DNA of 64,000 nucleotides from Alphaproteobacteria bacterium. Lineage in GTDB: Bacteria; Pseudomonadota; Alphaproteobacteria; GCA-2731375. The stretch covers positions 1 through 64,000 of the forward strand of contig JAVKFY010000069.1 of the NCBI GenBank assembly GCA_040223615.1. Reading direction: 5' to 3'. Made by a program: the position numbers and the translations under genes. The notes below the pieces were generated by a model, which was given only the letters and a program-made list of their open reading frames with translations, was not told the origin of the DNA and did no database searches. Shown here piece by piece: positions 8,863 to 17,063 of this stretch (its first letter is position 1; the number at the start of each line of letters is the position of its first letter).

Positions 8863-8895
8863 CCGGCCCCGTCGTCGCGCAGGCGGCGGGGCCGG
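8863..8895 (+). promoter_or_regulatory. intergenic GC-rich hairpin between the substrate-binding-protein gene and livH (possible mRNA stabiliser/attenuator)
   Basis: CCGGCCCCG-15 nt-CGGGGCCGG perfect 9-bp inverted repeat; no following T-run, so not a canonical intrinsic terminator. Confidence 0.3.
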
Positions 8896-8930
8896 ACGCC
8901 ACCCTTACTCGCATCACAGGCACGCCGCAC

Positions 8931-9875
8931 ATGGACGCGCTGGTCGAATTCTTTCGCCAGGATCTCGGCAATCCTGGATTGGCGATGCTGTTCGCCAATC
9001 CGAATTTCGCCTTCATCCAGCTCATGAACGCGCTATCGATGGGCATGTACCTGTTCACCATCGCCGCCGGTCTGTCGCTGATCTTCGGCGTGCTGAAGGT
9101 GATCAACTTCGCGCATGGCGCGTTCTACATGTTCGGCGCCTACATCGTGTACACGGTGACCCAGACCTGGGGACTGAACTTCTGGGTCGCCATCGTCGCC
9201 GCGGCGGCCGGGCTGGCGGTGATCGCCATCGTCGTCGAACGCGGCCTGTTCCAGTTCCTGTACGACAAAGAACACCTGATGCAGCTGCTGCTGACCTTCG
9301 CGGTGGTGCTGATCATGGGCGACCTCGCGAAGGTGATCTGGGGCACCGACCAGTACGCCGTCTCCTACCCCGCCGGCATGGACGGCGCGCTCGATCTCGG
9401 CATCACCCGCTATCCGACCTACCGGCTGTTCCTGGGCCTGGTCGGGCCGGCGATCGCCATCGGCCTGTGGCTGTTCATCGAGCGCACCCGCTGGGGCCGC
9501 CTGACCCGCGCCGCCACGCAGGACCGCGAGATGCTGTCGGCGCTCGGAATCAACGTGCCGATGATCTACACCGGCGTCTTCGTCCTCGGCTCGGCGCTGG
9601 CCGGTGTCGGCGGCGCGCTGGCCTCGCCGTTCAACAGCCCGACACCGGGCATGGACGCGACCATCATCGTCGACTGCTTCGTCATCGTGATCATCGGCGG
9701 CCTGGGCAGCCTGTGGGGCAGCTTCATCGGCGCGCTGATCTACGGCCTAGTCTACAACTACGGATCGGTCATCGTACCGAACTGGCAGGACGTGTTCGCC
9801 TTCATCATCCTGATGGTGGTGCTGCTGGTCCGGCCGTGGGGCCTGTTCGGCCGGCCGATCTCCGAAGGGCATTGA
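8931..9875 (+). CDS. livH: branched-chain amino acid ABC transporter permease LivH
   Basis: 314 aa polytopic membrane protein, LivH family pattern. Confidence 0.85.
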   Translation: MDALVEFFRQDLGNPGLAMLFANPNFAFIQLMNALSMGMYLFTIAAGLSLIFGVLKVINFAHGAFYMFGAYIVYTVTQTWGLNFWVAIVAAAAGLAVIAIVVERGLFQFLYDKEHLMQLLLTFAVVLIMGDLAKVIWGTDQYAVSYPAGMDGALDLGITRYPTYRLFLGLVGPAIAIGLWLFIERTRWGRLTRAATQDREMLSALGINVPMIYTGVFVLGSALAGVGGALASPFNSPTPGMDATIIVDCFVIVIIGGLGSLWGSFIGALIYGLVYNYGSVIVPNWQDVFAFIILMVVLLVRPWGLFGRPISEGH

Positions 9876-9876
9876 G

Positions 9877-10818
9877 ATGACGCAGCCAATGTCCCTCCCG
9901 GTGATGGCCTTGTGCGCCATCCTGCTGGTGCTGGTGGCGCTGGTGCCGATGGCCGGTTCCGCCTACCTGATCGACGTGGCCACCGAGATTCTGATCTACG
10001 CGCTGTTCGCGCTGTCGTTGAACGTGATCATCGGCTACTCCGGCAACGTCTCGTTCGGCCACGCCGCCTACTTCGCCATCGGCGGCTACGTCAACGCGAT
10101 CCTGCTGACCACCTACGGCTGGCCGCTGTTCGCTGCGTTCGCCGCGGCCGTGCTGGTCTCGATGATCGCCGCCGGGGTGGTCGCCTACTTCTGCACCCGG
10201 CTGACCGACATCTACTTCGCCATGCTGACGCTGGCCTTCGCCATGTTCGTGTGGGCGGTGTGCTTCAAGTGGCGTTCGGTGACCGGCGGCGACGACGGCT
10301 TCGTCGGCATCTCGGTGCCCGAATGGATCGACGACCGCCACCGCTTCTTCTATTTCACCCTGGTCGTGGTGACGGTCTCTTCCGGCGTGCTGTGGATGAT
10401 CTGCCACTCCGCCTTCGGCCGGGCGCTGATCGCGGTGCGCGAGAACAGCACCCGGGCCGGCTTCGTCGGCATCGACACCCGGCTGATGCGCTGGTCGGCC
10501 TTCGTCGTCGCCGGCACCTTCGCCGGCATCGCCGGCGCCATCTTCGGCATGTTCCACCACGGCATGTACGTCGAATCGGCGTTCTGGACGCAATCGGCGA
10601 CGGTGCTGATCATGACCCTGCTGGGCGGGCTCTACTCGTTCTTCGGCCCGGCGATCGGCGCCGCCACGCTGTTCATCCTGCAGCGGCTGACCAACGAGTA
10701 CACCGAGTACTGGCCCACCGTGCTCGGCGTGATTCTACTCATCATCCTGCTGTTCCTGCCGGAGGGCCTGGCGGGCTTGGCCGGCCGGATCCGCGCGCGA
10801 CTGGCCCCGGGGCGCTAG
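9877..10818 (+). CDS. livM: branched-chain amino acid ABC transporter permease LivM
   Basis: 313 aa polytopic membrane protein; start 1 nt after livH stop. Confidence 0.85.
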   Translation: MTQPMSLPVMALCAILLVLVALVPMAGSAYLIDVATEILIYALFALSLNVIIGYSGNVSFGHAAYFAIGGYVNAILLTTYGWPLFAAFAAAVLVSMIAAGVVAYFCTRLTDIYFAMLTLAFAMFVWAVCFKWRSVTGGDDGFVGISVPEWIDDRHRFFYFTLVVVTVSSGVLWMICHSAFGRALIAVRENSTRAGFVGIDTRLMRWSAFVVAGTFAGIAGAIFGMFHHGMYVESAFWTQSATVLIMTLLGGLYSFFGPAIGAATLFILQRLTNEYTEYWPTVLGVILLIILLFLPEGLAGLAGRIRARLAPGR

Positions 10819-10820
10819 CG

Positions 10821-11573
10821 ATGCTGGAAATCACCGGACTGCACAAGAACTTCGCCGGCTTCCAGGCCATCACCAACGTGAACTTCACGCTCAACGAGGG
10901 TGAGCGTCACGCCATCATCGGCCCGAACGGCGCCGGCAAGACCACCTTCTTCAACCTGATCACCGGCCACCTGGAGCCCAGCTCGGGCAAGGTCGAGTTC
11001 CGCGGCCGCGACATCACCGGCATGGCGCCGCACAAGATCGTCAAGCAGGGCATCGCCCGCTCGTTCCAGCGCATCAACATCTACCCGCGCATGAGCGTGT
11101 TCGAGAATGTCCAGGTGGCGCTGATCGCGCGCGACAACCGCCATCTTCGGATGTTCACTCCGGCCTGGAAGCTGAACCTGGGCGAAACCGCCGAGTTGCT
11201 TGACCTCGTCGGCCTGGCCGAGGAACGCGACGAGGTTGCCGGCGAACTCGCCTACGGCCGCCAGAAACAGCTTGAGCTGGCGATCTCGCTGGCCGCCCAG
11301 CCGCAGGTGCTGCTGCTCGACGAGCCGACCGCCGGCATGTCGCCGTCGGAGACCGCCGATTCGATCCGGCTGATTGACGAGGTCGCCAGGGCGCGCGGCC
11401 TGACCTTGCTGTTCACCGAGCACGACATGTCGGTGGTGTTCGGCATCGCCGACCGCATCACCGTGCTGCACCTCGGCGAGATCCTGGCCAGCGGCACCCC
11501 GGAGGAGGTGCGCAGCAACCCGCAGGTACGCTCGGTGTATCTCGGCGAGGAGGTCGACGATGCCGCAGCTTGA
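10821..11573 (+). CDS. livG: branched-chain amino acid ABC transporter ATP-binding protein LivG
   Basis: MLEITGLHKNFAGFQAITNVNFTLNEGERHAIIGPNGAGKTTFFN; Walker A/B and signature present; the longer 553-aa ORF in this frame is a read-through artefact. Confidence 0.85.
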   Translation: MLEITGLHKNFAGFQAITNVNFTLNEGERHAIIGPNGAGKTTFFNLITGHLEPSSGKVEFRGRDITGMAPHKIVKQGIARSFQRINIYPRMSVFENVQVALIARDNRHLRMFTPAWKLNLGETAELLDLVGLAEERDEVAGELAYGRQKQLELAISLAAQPQVLLLDEPTAGMSPSETADSIRLIDEVARARGLTLLFTEHDMSVVFGIADRITVLHLGEILASGTPEEVRSNPQVRSVYLGEEVDDAAA

Positions 11574-12264
11574 GGTCGATGACGTCCATACCTCCTACGG
11601 TCTGTCCAAGGTCCTGTTCGGGGTCTCCTTTACCGTCGAGCCGGGTCAGTGCATCTCGCTGATCGGCCGCAACGGCGTCGGCAAGACCACCACCATGCGC
11701 TCGGTCATCGGCCTGACCCCGCCGCGCCAGGGCAAGGTAGTGTTCGAGGGCACCGACATCAGCCGCATGGCGACGCACAAGATCGCCAAGCTGGGCATCG
11801 GTTTCGTGCCTGAGGAGCGGCGCATCTTCCCCGACCTGACGGTGTGGGAGAATCTCGACATCGCCCGGCGCACGGCATCGAACGGCGCCGGCTGGGACGA
11901 GGACCAGGTGTTCTCGCTGTTCCCCGACCTCGGCGCGATCAAGACCCGCCAGGGCGGCGTGCTCTCCGGCGGGCAGCAGCAGATGCTGACCATCGCCCGC
12001 TCGCTGATGGCCAACCCGCGACTGCTGCTGCTGGACGAGCCGTCGGAGGGGCTGGCGCCGCGCGTCGTCGAGCAGCTCCTGGAGCGCGTGCAGCAGCTCA
12101 AGGCGTCCGGCCTGTCGATCGTGCTGGCCGAGCAGAACCTGAAGTTCGTGCTGGCGCTGTCCGACTACTGCCATCTGATGGAAAAGGGCCAGGTGCAGTA
12201 TTCCGGGAGCCCCGCCGACCTGCGCGACAACCCGGAGATACTTGAGCGCCACCTCACGCTCTAG
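11560..12264 (+). CDS. livF: branched-chain amino acid ABC transporter ATP-binding protein LivF
   Basis: GRNGVGKTTT Walker A, LSGGQQQMLTIARSL signature; overlaps livG end. Confidence 0.85.
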   Translation: MPQLEVDDVHTSYGLSKVLFGVSFTVEPGQCISLIGRNGVGKTTTMRSVIGLTPPRQGKVVFEGTDISRMATHKIAKLGIGFVPEERRIFPDLTVWENLDIARRTASNGAGWDEDQVFSLFPDLGAIKTRQGGVLSGGQQQMLTIARSLMANPRLLLLDEPSEGLAPRVVEQLLERVQQLKASGLSIVLAEQNLKFVLALSDYCHLMEKGQVQYSGSPADLRDNPEILERHLTL

Positions 12265-12295
12265 CCTCGGCCGGCAACACCGCAACGGGCATGGA

Positions 12296-12943
12296 ATGAG
12301 CGAGCCAGTCAGCAAGACCAGGATGTACGACGGGCTCAGCGACCTGCCGCCGCTGGTGGCAAAGGCGGTGGCGCTGTCGCTGGAAGCCGACTTCCATCAC
12401 TCCTGTTTCCCGGAACAAGGGCGGCTGCTGCAGTTGCTGGCCGGCGGGCGCAAGGGCGGCCGCATCGGCGAGACCGGCACTGGCTGCGGCGTCGGTCTGG
12501 CCTGGATGCTCAGCGCCGTGGACGCCGACACCACCATCGTCTCGGTGGAACGCGACGCGACGCGTGCCGGGCTCTGCCGCGACCTGTTTGCCAGCTATCC
12601 GAACGTTATCCTCATCGAGGGCGACTGGACCGAGATCGCCGCCCATGGCCCCTTCGATCTGCTCGTGCTGGATGGCGGTGGCGGCGGCAAGCGCGCCAGC
12701 ACGGCCGCAGCCGACCCCGTGCAGTTGCTGCGACCCGCAGGCACGCTCGTGCTCGACGATTTCCATCCGCCCGCCAAGCGCTGGCCGCCGTTGACCGCCG
12801 CCGAAGCCGACAGCTACGGCCGCGACCTGGATCACGCCCGGCGCTACTGGTTCGATCATCCGGCGATGCTGACCACCGAATTCCGCGTGCATCCCCAGTG
12901 TTCCGCCCTGGTCGGCATGCGCCGCGAAACTATCGAGCGTTGA
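12296..12943 (+). CDS. class I SAM-dependent methyltransferase (O-methyltransferase family 3-like)
   Basis: Motif I IGETGTGCGVGLAWM and acidic motif II region; start at MSEPVSK (alternative upstream Met at 12242). Confidence 0.6.
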   Translation: MSEPVSKTRMYDGLSDLPPLVAKAVALSLEADFHHSCFPEQGRLLQLLAGGRKGGRIGETGTGCGVGLAWMLSAVDADTTIVSVERDATRAGLCRDLFASYPNVILIEGDWTEIAAHGPFDLLVLDGGGGGKRASTAAADPVQLLRPAGTLVLDDFHPPAKRWPPLTAAEADSYGRDLDHARRYWFDHPAMLTTEFRVHPQCSALVGMRRETIER

Positions 12944-13028
12944 TCCGGCGTCGTCTGGTTGACCGCGCTTCGCGGGTGCGAGAAGCTTGTCGACGGGGCG
13001 CGGGTAAGTTGATTTTCGGGGAGTTGCC

Positions 13029-15032
13029 ATGGGTTGCCGCTTGGGCATCGACGTCGGCGGGACCTTCACGGACCTGTTGATGCTCGACGACCGCAGCGGC
13101 GAGGTGCGGCTGCTGAAGACCCCCAACACTCCCGACGATCCGGCCGCCGGCGCCATCGCCGGCGTGCGCCAATTGCTGGCCGAGGCCGGCATCGAGCCGA
13201 GCCAGATCGAGCAGGTGCGCTGCGCCACCACCGTGCCGCGCCGCCTGATCGCCGAGCGTGCCGGCGCCCAGGTCGGCCTGCTGGTCACCGAAGGCTTCGA
13301 GCAAGTCCTGCACATGGCGCGCGGCCGCACACCGGCGCCGGTCGGCGGCTGGGTCGGTATGCGCCTGCCCCGCCCGCTGGTCGACCTGGCCAATACCCGG
13401 GGCGTGCCGGAACGCATCAACGCCCAGGGCGAGATCGTCGCCGCCCTCGATGAGGCCGTGGCGGAACGTGCGATCCGCGAACTGGTCGCCGCCGGTGTCG
13501 ACGCCATCGCCGTCTGCCTGATGCACGCCTACGCCAACCGCGCGCACGAGCGCCGGCTGGGTGCGCTGATCGCCGAGATCGCGCCCGGTGTCGACGCTGT
13601 GCTGTCGGCCGACCACCTGCGCGAGCGCCAGGAATACGAGCGCACCGTCCTGACGGTCATGAACGCCATGCTGGGCGAGCGCCTCGGCAAGCATCTCGAC
13701 GACCTGCAGAGCCGCCTGCGCGAGATCCAGGTCGGCGCGCCGATTGCCGTCGCCCGTTCCGACGGCGGCGCCATGAAGCTGGGCGAGGCCGCCGCGCACG
13801 GCGCCCACATGCTGCGTGCCGGCCCGGCCGGCGGCGCCATGGCCGCCGCCTTCATCGCCAACCGCGCCGGCCAGCGCGACGCCATCAGCCTCGACATGGG
13901 TGGCGGCGCCGCCGACCTGGCCGCGATCCGCGACGGCGCCCCGGCCCTGGCCGGCAGCGCCCGCATCGACGGCCTCACCGTGACCGGCGCCACGATCGAC
14001 ATCCACAACGCCGGCATCGGCGGCGGCGCGGTCGCGCGGGTCGGCGGCGGCGGCGTGCTGCGGGTTGGACCGACCCACGCCAAGCCGGCGTGTTTCGGTG
14101 GCGGCGACGACGCCACGCTCACCGATGCCAACGTCGTGCTCGGCCGCCTGCCGACCCGGCTCGGCAAGCTGACGCTGGAATCCCGCGCGTCGGAAGACGC
14201 CGTCGGCCAGGTCGCGCGCCGCCTCGACATGGACCTGTACCAGGCCGCCGAGGCGATCATCGCGCTGGCCGAGGAAAGTATCGCCGGCGCCGCCCGCCTG
14301 CTCGCCGCGCGGCGCGGGTTGGACGGCGACCGCGCCGCGCTGGTCGCTTTCGGCGGCGCCGGCCCGCTGCACGGCAATGCCGTGGCGGCGATCAACGGCA
14401 TGTACCCGCTCATCGTCCCGCCGCTGCCCGGCGTGATGTCGGCGCTGGGCTTCGTCACCGCGCCGGCGCGTGAGGACGTGATGCAGTCGCTGCTGCGTCC
14501 GCTCGACACGGCGCATGGCGACGAGATCGCTGGCCTGCTGGACAAGCTCGCCGACCTGGTGCGCGAGCGGCTGGGCGACGCGGCCGACGCCGAGATCGGC
14601 TGCCTGGCGATGATCCGCTACCAGCGCGGCGACAACGTGCTGACCCTGCCGGTCGATCCGGCGACGATGGACGTCGCCGACCTGGCGCAGCGTTTCGTCG
14701 CCGAGCACGAACGCCGGCACGGCTTCGCGCTCGACCGCGCCATCGAGCTCACCGGCCTGCGTGCCTTCGGCACCGCCGGCGGCCTGGCGCCGGAACGCGC
14801 GCGCACCGGACGCGGCGGTGACACCAGCACGGCGCTGACCGGCCAGCAGCGACTTTACGCCGGCGGCGAGTTCGTCTCCGCCAACGTCTACGACCGCGAC
14901 AAGCTCGGCGCTGGCGCTCGAATTGCCGGGCCGGCACTGGTCACGCAGAGCGACGCCACCACGCTCGTACTGCCCGGCCACGTGGCCGAAGTCGACGGCC
15001 ACGGCGCCCTCTTGATCCAGCCGGCGGCCTGA
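13029..15032 (+). CDS. hydantoinase/oxoprolinase family protein, A (beta) subunit
   Basis: MGCRLGIDVGGTFTDLLMLDD… ASKHA-fold N-terminus typical of HyuA / N-methylhydantoinase A. Confidence 0.85.
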   Translation: MGCRLGIDVGGTFTDLLMLDDRSGEVRLLKTPNTPDDPAAGAIAGVRQLLAEAGIEPSQIEQVRCATTVPRRLIAERAGAQVGLLVTEGFEQVLHMARGRTPAPVGGWVGMRLPRPLVDLANTRGVPERINAQGEIVAALDEAVAERAIRELVAAGVDAIAVCLMHAYANRAHERRLGALIAEIAPGVDAVLSADHLRERQEYERTVLTVMNAMLGERLGKHLDDLQSRLREIQVGAPIAVARSDGGAMKLGEAAAHGAHMLRAGPAGGAMAAAFIANRAGQRDAISLDMGGGAADLAAIRDGAPALAGSARIDGLTVTGATIDIHNAGIGGGAVARVGGGGVLRVGPTHAKPACFGGGDDATLTDANVVLGRLPTRLGKLTLESRASEDAVGQVARRLDMDLYQAAEAIIALAEESIAGAARLLAARRGLDGDRAALVAFGGAGPLHGNAVAAINGMYPLIVPPLPGVMSALGFVTAPAREDVMQSLLRPLDTAHGDEIAGLLDKLADLVRERLGDAADAEIGCLAMIRYQRGDNVLTLPVDPATMDVADLAQRFVAEHERRHGFALDRAIELTGLRAFGTAGGLAPERARTGRGGDTSTALTGQQRLYAGGEFVSANVYDRDKLGAGARIAGPALVTQSDATTLVLPGHVAEVDGHGALLIQPAA

Positions 15033-15036
15033 CGCG

Positions 15037-17016
15037 ATGTCGGACAAGGGACCTCTGGCTACCTCGGTGTCGCTCGACGACCTGCTGCGGTCCAGCCGCG
15101 ATGCCTTCGACAACATCCTGCGCCGTTCGACAACCGGCGAACCCGCCCCGGCACCGGCCGCCCGCGAGTCCGCTCCTGACGCGCCAGCGTCGACCACGAC
15201 CACGCAACCGCGCGCGGCCGAGACCGCGCCCACGCCGTCACCGGCCCGTCGCGCGGCGCCAACGACGGTCCAGCTCGACGTGCTCGGCAAGGCGCTGGGC
15301 AACATCCGTGACGAGATGGACTCGATACTGCGCCGCCGCGCGGCGTCGGCTGCGCTGCACGAGCGTCACGGCGAGGCGCCGATCCTGGCCGACGCCCAAG
15401 GGCGCATGGTCGCCGGCGAGTTCGGCGGCGCCGTCGCGGCGGCGATCCGTGGCGCCCGGCGCGGCGGCGTGCACCCCGGCGACGTGCTGCTGGTCGCCGA
15501 TCCCTACGGCGCGGAGGGCACCGTCAGTTCGTTGAACGAATGGCTGCTGGTGGTGCCGGCCTTCCTCGACGACGACCTGGTCGGCTACGCCGCCATCCTG
15601 GGCCAGATGCAGGCCGACCACGCCGGCGCCGTCACCAGCATCCGCGACGAGGGCCTGCGCATCCCGCCGCTGAAGCTGGTCGAGCGCGGCACCACGATGC
15701 AGGCGGTGCTCGATCTGGTGGCGGTCAACGCCGCCGAACCGGCGGTCCGTCACGCCGACCTGATGGCGATGCTGGCCGCCGCCCGGCTCGGCGAGCGCCG
15801 GCTGGCCGAGCTGGCGCGACGCTTCGGCGCCGGCCGGCTGCGCGACGGGCTGACCGCCCTGCTGGCCCGCAGCGGCCGGCAGATCGCAAAGCGCATCCAG
15901 GCATTGCTGCCGCCAGAGCCGCGCACCTTCCATGACCACATCGACGCCGACGGTCTCCGCAACGGTCCGTTCCGGTTGAAGCTGACGGTGTGGCGCGAGG
16001 GCGAGCGCGGTTTCTTCGATTGGACCGGCAGCGCCGCGCAGGCTGCCGGACCGGCCAACCTGATGCTGAGTCCGGGCCTGTTCAAGACCTATGTCGCCCG
16101 CTACCTGCTCGGCAGCGCGGACCCTTCGGTCGGCTTCAACGACGGCCACGTCGAGCAGATTGACGTCACCCTGCCGCGCGGCAGCATCCTGCGCCCGCGT
16201 CAGCCGGCACCGCTCGGCGGCGGGCGCCAGGCGCTGGCGCGACAGTTCGAGGTACTGGTCGGCGCACTCAGCCGCGGCGCCCCCGAGACGGCGGCGGCCG
16301 GCGGCTATGGCGGGGCGGCGCAGTTCGAGTTCGCCGGCACTGACCGCGACGGCGAGCCCTTTCATCTGGTCGACGCCGTGCTCGGCGGCCTGGCCGGACG
16401 CCCGGCCGGCGACGGCGCCGACGGCCACGCCTGGTGGCCACGCCAGGATGCGGCGTCCACCGAGGACATCGAGAGCGCCTGGCCGGTCCTGGTCGAGCGT
16501 CACACCACCCTTGCCGACAGCGGCGGCCCCGGCCAGCACCGCGGCGGCCACGGCGTGGAGAAAATCTACCGCGTTCTGGCCGACGGCCTGGTGACGCTGC
16601 ACGACGACCGTGAGATCACGCCGGCGTGGGGCAACAATGGCGGCCAGGCCGGCCAGCACGCCGGCAAGTGGCTGCAACGCAAGGACGGCGGACGCGAGAC
16701 GCTGCCGCCGAACGCCGCGCGGGTATCGGTGAAAACCGGCGACCGCATCATTTTCCGCACCGCCGGCGGCGGCGGCTGGGGCGACCCGCTGGCCCGCGAT
16801 CCGGCTGCCGTGCGCGACGATGTCGCCCGTCGGCTGGTCAGCGCCCAGGCGGCACGCGAACATTACGGTGTGGTGGTCTCCGGGCCGACCGCGACGCTCG
16901 ATCGCGGCGCCACCGAGGCGCTGCGCGAACAATTGCGCCGACGCCGGCCGACCCCGCCATCGGCCGATCACGGACAAAGACGCGAAGCAGGTGGCGACGG
17001 CGGCACAAGCGGGTAA
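15037..17016 (+). CDS. hydantoinase B/oxoprolinase family protein
   Basis: 659 aa immediately following the A subunit (4-nt gap); HyuB-like conserved core. Confidence 0.8.
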   Translation: MSDKGPLATSVSLDDLLRSSRDAFDNILRRSTTGEPAPAPAARESAPDAPASTTTTQPRAAETAPTPSPARRAAPTTVQLDVLGKALGNIRDEMDSILRRRAASAALHERHGEAPILADAQGRMVAGEFGGAVAAAIRGARRGGVHPGDVLLVADPYGAEGTVSSLNEWLLVVPAFLDDDLVGYAAILGQMQADHAGAVTSIRDEGLRIPPLKLVERGTTMQAVLDLVAVNAAEPAVRHADLMAMLAAARLGERRLAELARRFGAGRLRDGLTALLARSGRQIAKRIQALLPPEPRTFHDHIDADGLRNGPFRLKLTVWREGERGFFDWTGSAAQAAGPANLMLSPGLFKTYVARYLLGSADPSVGFNDGHVEQIDVTLPRGSILRPRQPAPLGGGRQALARQFEVLVGALSRGAPETAAAGGYGGAAQFEFAGTDRDGEPFHLVDAVLGGLAGRPAGDGADGHAWWPRQDAASTEDIESAWPVLVERHTTLADSGGPGQHRGGHGVEKIYRVLADGLVTLHDDREITPAWGNNGGQAGQHAGKWLQRKDGGRETLPPNAARVSVKTGDRIIFRTAGGGGWGDPLARDPAAVRDDVARRLVSAQAAREHYGVVVSGPTATLDRGATEALREQLRRRRPTPPSADHGQRREAGGDGGTSG

Positions 17017-17063
17017 GCTAGGGCAGCCGGCGCGAACAACCGGGAAGAACAGGGACGACGACT

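Noticed and set aside
9912-11573. 553-aa ORF overlapping livM
   Set aside because: Only the last 251 codons (from MLEITGLHKNF, 10821) are LivG. The upstream part is an R/G-rich off-frame translation of livM
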